The notes beneath the pieces are model-generated. The model saw only the letters and a program-made list of their open reading frames with translations. It did not search any database and had not been told where the DNA came from. A stretch of 57,084 nucleotides of DNA from a virus: positions 1 to 57,084 of the IMG/VR virus record IMGVR_UViG_3300010262_000001; one strand, 5' to 3'. Below are positions 50,770 to 57,084 of this stretch, piece by piece; positions within the stretch are counted from its first letter, which is position 1, and each line of letters begins with the position of its first letter. Both the position numbers and the translations under genes were made by a program.

Positions 50770-51720
50770 ATGTCAGAAAACGCTAGATCAGGTCAATTCA
50801 GAAAAAAGAAAGTCTACTTTACACAAGTAAGTAATGTAGCTTTAAGAGATCCTAAACTTAGTTTGAAAGCAAAAGGCCTATATGCTTTAATACAAAGTTA
50901 TCTTACAATAGAAGATTTTACTTTATATAAGAATACATTGAAGAAGCATCTTAAAGAAGGAGAGAAGGCTTTTGAAAACTCCTGGAAGGAACTAAAAGAT
51001 GCTGCATATCTAATTCAGTACAGAATGCAAGATCCAAAAACAAAACATTTTTACTATGAATATGAATTATTAGATGCTCCAGATGTAGAGCTAGCTAATA
51101 AAGTACATAGTTCTCAAAACAGAAAAAAACATGAAGAAAAAATCCATACCCCTAAAAAGGTAGGTATGGATAAAAAAGATGAAAAAAATAAAAAAGCCAT
51201 ACCTACCAAAAGGGAAGGTATGGATAATGGATATAATGGGAAAGTGGGGGTACATAATAATACTAATACTAATTATACTGACTTAAGTAATACTATGAGT
51301 AATAGTAGTAGTACGGAATCAATAGAGGATTTATATAAATTATTTGAAGAAACATTTGATAAGAAACCTTCTAGTTATATGAAAAATAAACTATTGAAAT
51401 TTATAGATCAAACCAACTTAAAATTTGTTGCTGAAGTTTTACTTTATTGTTCAGAGCATAATGCTAAAGCTCCATCTTACTTATTTAAAACTTTAGAAAA
51501 TTTAATAAACAGAAATATAACTACTATAAAATTATTTAAAGAATCAATTGAAGGTCATTATAAAGAATTAGAAAGTAAAAAGAAATCACAAAAAACAAAG
51601 ACTAATAAAGTGATATCAAGACCGGTGAACTTCACTCAAAGACCTTATACAAGTGAGGATTATTCTAAAATAGAACAAGAATGGCAAGAAGCCTTATGGG
51701 GAGATTCGATTTTCGAGTAA
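50770..51720 (+). CDS. rep: Plasmid replication initiator (N-terminal winged HTH, C-terminal DnaD/DnaB_2-like domain)
   Basis: YFTQVSNVALRDPKLSLKAKGLYALIQSY... wHTH; C-terminal LFEETFDKKPSSYMKNKLLKFID...AKAPSYLFKTLENL DnaD-like; strong SD GAGGAGG; adjacent to the DnaA boxes. Confidence 0.65.
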   Translation: MSENARSGQFRKKKVYFTQVSNVALRDPKLSLKAKGLYALIQSYLTIEDFTLYKNTLKKHLKEGEKAFENSWKELKDAAYLIQYRMQDPKTKHFYYEYELLDAPDVELANKVHSSQNRKKHEEKIHTPKKVGMDKKDEKNKKAIPTKREGMDNGYNGKVGVHNNTNTNYTDLSNTMSNSSSTESIEDLYKLFEETFDKKPSSYMKNKLLKFIDQTNLKFVAEVLLYCSEHNAKAPSYLFKTLENLINRNITTIKLFKESIEGHYKELESKKKSQKTKTNKVISRPVNFTQRPYTSEDYSKIEQEWQEALWGDSIFE

Positions 51721-51738
51721 AAAATTTTTTTTTTAAAA

Positions 51739-51882
51739 GTGTAGCAATTTTTAAATTCTTACATAGTATGTACTATAAGCAATGCTAACAATGCAGAGAA
51801 AGATGAAATAAGTTTTATATGCTTACTAAAGCAATCTTTTTAAAGTTGATCTTTGAGATGCAATGTGTAGCAAAGTTTAAAT
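51739..51882. repeat. Two direct 18-nt repeats GTGTAGCAA(TT/AG)TTTAAAT 126 bp apart
   Basis: 51739-51756 and 51865-51882; the second lies about 20 nt before the next gene's SD. Confidence 0.6.
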
Positions 51883-51903
51883 ATACTTATGGAGGAATTT
51901 TAA

Positions 51904-52077
51904 ATGGCTACTCGACTTGTTATATCAGTAGAATTTTCAAAAGGTAAAACAGAAGAATTACAGCTCTATGCTAGACTAAAAGAATTTTCAGCACCAGGAG
52001 CTACTATTAAAGATATCCTAAAAGGAAATTTACCTTTATCAATATTAAATTCTCAGGAGGATGATTGTAATGAATAA
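51904..52077 (+). CDS. Small RHH-like protein, 57 aa (below ORF-track cutoff)
   Basis: SD GGAGGA; MATRLVISVEFSKGKTEELQLYARLKEFSAPGATIKDILKG (beta-strand then helices). Confidence 0.4.
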   Translation: MATRLVISVEFSKGKTEELQLYARLKEFSAPGATIKDILKGNLPLSILNSQEDDCNE

Positions 52078-52651
52078 AATGAATTTCAAAACTTTTTTAG
52101 AACTTTTACCAAATTCAGAGGATTATTTTAAAACAACATTCGAAAAGATCAATAGTGAAAAGGAAATCGAAGAAAAAGTTAACAGAGAAACCGAAAGCTT
52201 AGAGGATTACAATGAAACTTATATGAGAATAGCTAAAGAAGTTATTGGAAATAAGAAAAGAGAAAGAATGGCTGAAAGTTTAGAGTGCTTTGCAGATGCT
52301 TTAGGATTAGAAATTAGCAGTATATATTCTAGTGACTATAAGAAAGTAGACTTTAAAATCAAAGAATTTGATAACAATATAAGTTTAGATGAAATTGATA
52401 GTGATGAAATATATAAAGAGTTGGATAAAATCTTTACTAATATTTTTAATAAAGGTAAATTAACATTCCCAAACTTGTTAACCAATAGATTTTTTGATAA
52501 CTACTTACTAAAACCTTTAAGTGACGTTCTATATCTTTATGAGTTTAGAAGAGAATCTGTTGAGAACTTAACCTTTGAAAATGTAATAACTCTTATTTTA
52601 AGAGAATATTTTAAAAGTTTTATATCAGAGATTAGATTTTATTCAGTATAA
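52070..52651 (+). CDS. Hypothetical protein (193 aa)
   Basis: ATG 52070 after AGGAGGA SD; no motif recognised. Confidence 0.55.
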   Translation: MNKMNFKTFLELLPNSEDYFKTTFEKINSEKEIEEKVNRETESLEDYNETYMRIAKEVIGNKKRERMAESLECFADALGLEISSIYSSDYKKVDFKIKEFDNNISLDEIDSDEIYKELDKIFTNIFNKGKLTFPNLLTNRFFDNYLLKPLSDVLYLYEFRRESVENLTFENVITLILREYFKSFISEIRFYSV

Positions 52652-52770
52652 TGTTTGAGTTGAGTTAATAATAGTTTTAAATAATAAGGTCAATTTTTAA
52701 CTAATGAAAATTGACCTAGTTAACTCACTATGTATATTTTTGAAGGAACTATACATTGGAGGAATTAGTA

Positions 52771-53229
52771 ATGTTGGAAATTAGTATTACAAGTAATTAT
52801 CAAACTTCCTATAAGTATGAGCATAAAAAAAGTAATAAAAAAAAGTTTAATAGCATGTTTTTATTACCTACACTTTTAAATTTAGGGAATGATACTATAG
52901 AAAAGACAACAGAAGTGGTTGAACAGGTACAAGAAATTGATAAAGGTGTTTTAGAAACTATAGCTGAATTTTGTACAACTACTACAAAATTTATTAAAGA
53001 TACGATCTGGTGTTTTCAGAATCCAATTAACGTTCTTGTAATCATTCTAGAATGGATGGCTCCATTAATGTTTACATTTGCAACCATTGTACCAATAATA
53101 GGACTAACTTGTTTAGTCTGTAAAACTCCTAAGTTAGCATTTTGGAGTACTAAAGAGCTAATAGTTAGTCCTTTTATAATCTACATTATATATATAGTAA
53201 CTACATTGGCTTTAAAATCAATTATTTAA
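52771..53229 (+). CDS. Membrane protein, paralogue A (shared N-terminal leader with 53398-53850)
   Basis: MLEISITSNYQTSYKYEHKKSNKK versus MEISIIKNHKTVYKYSSKEKKN; TM helices WMAPLMFTFATIVPIIGLTCLVC and LIVSPFIIYIIYIVTTLAL; ATG after GGAGGA SD. Confidence 0.6.
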   Translation: MLEISITSNYQTSYKYEHKKSNKKKFNSMFLLPTLLNLGNDTIEKTTEVVEQVQEIDKGVLETIAEFCTTTTKFIKDTIWCFQNPINVLVIILEWMAPLMFTFATIVPIIGLTCLVCKTPKLAFWSTKELIVSPFIIYIIYIVTTLALKSII

Positions 53230-53306
53230 AATAAAAATCTTACAATTTCATATCCAACACCAGCAGCTAAACCTACTAGTAAATCAACTAAACCAAATCC
53301 TAGCAT
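53226..53306 (-). CDS. 26-aa hydrophobic peptide (type I toxin-like), convergent with the paralogue A gene
   Basis: GAGGTGA SD then ATG; MLGFGLVDLLVGLAAGVGYEIVRFLF; its 3' end overlaps the stop of 52771-53229 by 4 nt. Confidence 0.4.
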   Translation of the reverse strand: MLGFGLVDLLVGLAAGVGYEIVRFLF

Positions 53307-53397
53307 TATAATCACCTCACTTGAATTTTAGTATGTATTTTAGTGTGTGTAGTTTAATTAGGATTTATGCATATTAGAAATAATTTGGAGGTTTAAT

Positions 53398-53850
53398 ATG
53401 GAAATCAGTATTATTAAGAACCATAAGACTGTTTATAAATATAGTTCAAAGGAAAAGAAAAATCTAAATAATTTTGCAGGAAAGGTACTTAAAGATAAAA
53501 AATTAAGAACATATGTATGTTTAACATTAGCTAGTACAGCTATAATAACTGGTTTTACTGTTAAAGAAGTTTTATATCCAACATTAGCTACATGCAATGC
53601 TACGCTTGGTGGAGCAACAACAACGATTAGAAATGTAATGGATGAAGTTGTCAGCTTTGCTAAAGTTGTTCTAATAGGTATGGTTGTATTTAATACAATT
53701 TTGGGAGTGGGCCAAACAATTTGGAAGAGAGCTGGCGCTAACCTTTCTTACGAAGAGATATTTGGCATATTAATAAAAAACCTAGCAATACTTACATGCG
53801 GGTTAGCAGTTGATAAGATTTGCTGGTGGCTATACTCAATGCTAAAGTAG
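53398..53850 (+). CDS. Membrane protein, paralogue B
   Basis: Same N-terminal leader motif; three TM helices (TYVCLTLASTAIITGFTV, VVLIGMVVFNTILGVG, LAILTCGLAVDKICWWL); SD GGAGGT. Confidence 0.6.
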   Translation: MEISIIKNHKTVYKYSSKEKKNLNNFAGKVLKDKKLRTYVCLTLASTAIITGFTVKEVLYPTLATCNATLGGATTTIRNVMDEVVSFAKVVLIGMVVFNTILGVGQTIWKRAGANLSYEEIFGILIKNLAILTCGLAVDKICWWLYSMLK

Positions 53851-53865
53851 GAGGTTGAATATAGC

Positions 53866-56109
53866 ATGAAAAAGATTGTTAGGTTTAATAAAAGAGATTA
53901 TATATACTTACAAGTTACTCCAATAATAGGTCTAAGAAACTATAATAATAAAGATTTAGCAGCTAATATAAATAGATCTATTTTAAGTTTGTCAAAGTTG
54001 GAGAAAGTATACAATGATGAGACTGATAAATTTGACCATTTAAAAATAAATGGATTTGCAAATATTAGCTATATATTGAGACTTTCTAAAAAAGATACTA
54101 GATTTATTTTTAAAGTTCCTGAGGAAATTTCTAAACAATTTGCAAGCAAACTTCAAGAAACCTTTAAAGACTCTCTTATTACAGAAGTTGAGTTTAAAGA
54201 AAAAGACCTAAAGTTTAAAAAATGGTTAGCTTACAAAAATGAAGATCCATTAAGCTTGCATGTAGATAGCAGGCAACAAGAACTTATTAATAATCTCATT
54301 GAAAATATAGAGATGCTAGATGAAAGTGAATTTATAGAAGTTAAATTAGACTTTTTTAAAATTGGCAGGGTAGGGAAAATCCAATTTCAAGATTATATTA
54401 AATGTACGGAAAAAAAAATAAAAAATAGAGAAAGTGTTAGGATGTCGGATGGCATCGTTGCTGGAATCAGCGGAGCATTGCTAAACACGGGGAAAGAAAT
54501 GGTTAATGCTCTACTAATGACTAAGAAAGATAGTGTTAATAAGTTTACGGAAATAGCTTATGCATTAACTAACCAGGAAGAATTTAAGCTTACTAAAGCT
54601 ACTTTAGATAAGAAAAAGAGTGATGTTGTTAGGGTAGCTATACAAGTATCTAGTAGTAATAAAAAAGCTTTAGAAAGTACTATAAGCTCATTTACATTAT
54701 TGGATGAAGATAATGCTTTAGTACCTAAAAAGAATTTTAGAGACAATATAATGAGCGTTCAAGAAGCTGGACAATTAATTCAACTATGTGGCAACTCTGA
54801 GCTTATGGATAAATACAATATAGACTACCTAAAGCATAAAGAAATAAAAGTGCCTGCTGAAATATTGAAAGGTAGTATACCTATTGGTACATGTTCTTAT
54901 AGAAATAGCAAACAAAATATTTATCTTTCTGATGACGGATCTAATAAATTTTTACCTACTGTTTATACTGGACCTACTAGAAGTGGTAAAACAACTCTTA
55001 TACAAAACACTATATATAATGCTATAAAAAATGGAGATAGTGTAATATTCTTTGACTTTATAGAAACTTGCAGAGCAAGTAATGAAATCTTAGAAGTAAT
55101 TCCTAAAGAAAAAGTAACAATAATAAACCTGGCCCAAAAAGTTGAAGGGCTTGATTTTAATGAAATAAAAATGAGTGAAAATCTAGAACCTAAGCAAAAA
55201 TATAAAATGTTAAAATTAAAATCGAATGGAATACTCGCTTTGGTAGACTCCTGCAATTTGACAAATGATGAAGAACTTAAGAGTCAAATGAGGAAAATAT
55301 TAATGAGTATTACTTTAATTGCTATGTCTCAAGATAAAACTTTCAAGGTAGCGATTGATGCTTTACAGGACCATATCTTAAGAAAGAAACTTATAAATGA
55401 TATTCCAGAAGATTTAAAACCTTATTTAAATGACAGTGTCTATAATATAAAAGCTTTAGATGAGAAAAGTAAAAGTAATGGAGCTATAACTGGCACTAAA
55501 ACACACCTGGTTAATTCTATACTAAATAGACTTTATTCTTTGCAAATGAATGAATCACTTGAAGAAATGCTTAATACAGATAGCAAAAATAATGTGAATT
55601 TAATAGATGAGATGCAAAAGGGTAAGTTTATAGTAATCCAAATACCAGATTCTATAGCTAGTACAAATCCAGAAAAAGATATTATATGCAGCTATTATTT
55701 TAATAAAGTTTGGTTCGCCCTACAACAAAGAGCAGAGATAATGGATGATTCTAAAAAGAAAAGATTACTATTAATAGTTGATGAGATCTATCAGCTTGAA
55801 AATACTGAAATTCTATTTAAGCAAAGAATAAATCAGATTGCTAAATATTATTGTAAGTTTATAGTTAGTTGCCATGGTATAAGTCAAATAAGTAATCTAA
55901 AGAAAGAATTATTAACAGCTGATGCTAGTTATGTACTAATTTCTGGTACAGATGAAAGTTGTCTTAAAGACTTAGGGACAAGATTTAAAGATTATACAGC
56001 ACAAGATTTAGACAATCTTAAACAATACCATGCTTTGTGCAGCATAAAGACAAGATCCAACGGATATGTACAATGCATAACAAAGTTACCGCCTTCATTA
56101 AAAAAATAG
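53866..56109 (+). CDS. Large P-loop NTPase (FtsK-HerA / VirB4 / coupling-protein-like superfamily; subfamily unresolved)
   Basis: Walker A YTGPTRSGKTT about residue 370; Walker B LLLIVDEIYQL about residue 640; no N-terminal TM segment; SD AGGAGGT. Confidence 0.6.
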   Translation: MKKIVRFNKRDYIYLQVTPIIGLRNYNNKDLAANINRSILSLSKLEKVYNDETDKFDHLKINGFANISYILRLSKKDTRFIFKVPEEISKQFASKLQETFKDSLITEVEFKEKDLKFKKWLAYKNEDPLSLHVDSRQQELINNLIENIEMLDESEFIEVKLDFFKIGRVGKIQFQDYIKCTEKKIKNRESVRMSDGIVAGISGALLNTGKEMVNALLMTKKDSVNKFTEIAYALTNQEEFKLTKATLDKKKSDVVRVAIQVSSSNKKALESTISSFTLLDEDNALVPKKNFRDNIMSVQEAGQLIQLCGNSELMDKYNIDYLKHKEIKVPAEILKGSIPIGTCSYRNSKQNIYLSDDGSNKFLPTVYTGPTRSGKTTLIQNTIYNAIKNGDSVIFFDFIETCRASNEILEVIPKEKVTIINLAQKVEGLDFNEIKMSENLEPKQKYKMLKLKSNGILALVDSCNLTNDEELKSQMRKILMSITLIAMSQDKTFKVAIDALQDHILRKKLINDIPEDLKPYLNDSVYNIKALDEKSKSNGAITGTKTHLVNSILNRLYSLQMNESLEEMLNTDSKNNVNLIDEMQKGKFIVIQIPDSIASTNPEKDIICSYYFNKVWFALQQRAEIMDDSKKKRLLLIVDEIYQLENTEILFKQRINQIAKYYCKFIVSCHGISQISNLKKELLTADASYVLISGTDESCLKDLGTRFKDYTAQDLDNLKQYHALCSIKTRSNGYVQCITKLPPSLKK

Positions 56110-56127
56110 AATGAATTTTAATGAAAT

Positions 56128-56158
56128 ATGGAACATTCTCCACTGTGAGGCATATAAT
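56128..56158 (+). promoter_or_regulatory. Promoter-like element carrying a copy of the immunity operator core
   Basis: CACTGTGAGG (56141-56150) is identical to the 10-mer at 1241-1250; TATAAT at 56153-56158. Confidence 0.45.
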
Positions 56159-56284
56159 GGCATTACGAGTAATGCTTAAGGGCGCGAGCCATAGGCTTTA
56201 ATAAAAGACTTTAAAACAAGTAATAATTAGTTATAAAAGAAACATAAACCATTAAAATTTTAAAAAAATATAGAGGTGATTTAT

Positions 56285-56602
56285 ATGGAAAAATATTTAA
56301 TCGACATTACAAATAAAGTTGAAAAATACGTTGGGGATGAACTTGGAAACTTATTAGAATATATATTAAATAGTGATATATTTTTTGGCAGAATAAGGTC
56401 TCACATTATATGCTACGAAAATAATAAATGGTATGGAATGTTAGAGATCACTAGCAAAACTGATTTAGAAAATATAAAAAATAAAACTTTGCTTAATAGC
56501 AAAATAGTAAGAGTAGAGCCATTCTCTAAGAGAGCATATAAAATAAATATAGAGAAAAACTATGAGCAAGAAAAGTTTCTTAAAGAAATAGGTCTTTATT
56601 AA
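56285..56602 (+). CDS. Hypothetical protein (105 aa)
   Basis: ATG 56285 after AGAGGTGA SD; followed by terminators. Confidence 0.5.
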   Translation: MEKYLIDITNKVEKYVGDELGNLLEYILNSDIFFGRIRSHIICYENNKWYGMLEITSKTDLENIKNKTLLNSKIVRVEPFSKRAYKINIEKNYEQEKFLKEIGLY

Positions 56603-56687
56603 ATAAAATAATTGAATTTCAAATTAATGTATGTTACTATTATTACAGTAAATTTATAAAAATTCATTTAGCATATGAATGTTTTTT

Positions 56688-56718
56688 TAAAAGTGAGTGT
56701 TGCAGCGCTCACTTTTTT
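56688..56718 (+). terminator. Intrinsic terminator
   Basis: AAAGTGAG..CTCACTTT stem plus T-run; preceded by a weaker ATTCAT..ATGAAT hairpin with T7. Confidence 0.75.
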
Positions 56719-56756
56719 ATTTTAATAAATATATTCTTTTATACTGAAACTGGATA

Positions 56757-56792
56757 ATAAAAAAAGCTGAGGTTGTTACTCAGCTTTTTTTA
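56757..56792. terminator. Bidirectional intrinsic terminator
   Basis: AAAAAGCTGAG gttgtta CTCAGCTTTTT with long A and T runs. Confidence 0.8.
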
Positions 56793-56886
56793 TTATTAAC
56801 TTCGCCAAATTATTCTTTGTGGAAGTAATTTCTTACCAACTTCGCTAAATGATTTTTTAACGAAGTTGTTTTATGTAATAAAAAAT

Positions 56887-56919
56887 AGCTGAAAGCCTGC
56901 AATACCAACGCTTTCAGCT
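56887..56919 (-). terminator. Minus-strand terminator for the 50-310 XRE gene (read across the circular junction)
   Basis: AGCTGAAAGC (56887-56896)/GCTTTCAGCT (56910-56919); the T-run is on the minus strand (complement of AAAAA 56881-56885). Confidence 0.6.
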
Positions 56920-56961
56920 TTCGGTGGTTATAAAAACGCTCTGATCAGAGCTGAAAAAACT

Positions 56962-57084
56962 AAAAAATAAGTGTTTTTATTAACAGAATATTAATAATTA
57001 AGGTTATTTTTTACAATACAACTTGATCTTTGTAATAAATGCAGGCCTTACACTTATCTTTGCACGGAACATCAAGTAGCAATG
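56962..57084. repeat. Wrap-around copy B, identical to 1-123
   Basis: Exact re-occurrence of the first 123 nt, including the 3' part of the 50-310 XRE gene. Confidence 0.95.

Noticed and set aside
56110-56280. tRNA or other known structured RNA in the GC-richer patch
   Set aside because: No cloverleaf can be drawn: there are no acceptor or T-arm pairings. Only two small hairpins are visible, so it is kept as a structured leader rather than an RNA gene. I recognised no tRNA or rRNA gene elsewhere in the window either.
1-57084. Toxin cargo typical of clostridial phage-plasmids (neurotoxin, C2/C3-like ADP-ribosyltransferases, bacteriocin loci)
   Set aside because: No ORF has the size or motifs of such toxins. 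The TcdE/UviB-type holin here is paired with an ordinary amidase endolysin.

Overview
Visibly AT-rich, densely coding DNA that closes on itself. Bases 1-123 recur exactly at 56962-57084, so the window is one complete 56,961-bp circular (or terminally redundant) replicon plus a 123-bp wrap. It looks like a temperate siphovirus-like phage of a low-GC, spore-forming Firmicute (Clostridium-like: GGAGG-type SDs, TcdE/UviB-type holin). It carries plasmid functions instead of an integrase, i.e. a phage-plasmid. Gene order: (1) immunity switch with three XRE regulators (0.05-1.5 kb). (2) Early/recombination/replication block (1.9-21.8 kb): Rad50-like ATPase, RecT, MBL hydrolase, replisome organizer, Spo0E-like phosphatase, nucleoid-associated protein, Bro-type antirepressor, RecU, SigF/G-like sigma factor, Myb-like protein, dimeric dUTPase, AbrB homologue, SSB, an inserted RHH+TnpB element, several HNH endonucleases and an ArpU/RinA-like regulator. 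(3) Packaging (22.1-27.2 kb), where the terminase large subunit is physically split by a split intein with a free-standing HNH gene between the halves. (4) Head (27.2-31.7 kb). (5) Connector/tail (31.8-46.0 kb): a +1-offset chaperone ORF pair, a moron membrane protein, tape measure, a Tal protein fused to collagen/FN3/metallo-beta-lactamase/cell-wall-binding modules, and a repetitive 1101-aa fibre. (6) Holin-amidase lysis cassette (46.1-47.3 kb). (7) Maintenance region: a minus-strand ParM/ParR operon with three orphan genes, parC-like repeats, inverted DnaA boxes, a small RNA defined by promoter and terminator, and a Rep gene. (8) An unexplained module (51.9-56.6 kb) of two paralogous membrane proteins, a 26-aa hydrophobic peptide gene and a 747-aa P-loop ATPase. 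All functional calls come from motif recognition by eye and from synteny; no database search was possible.
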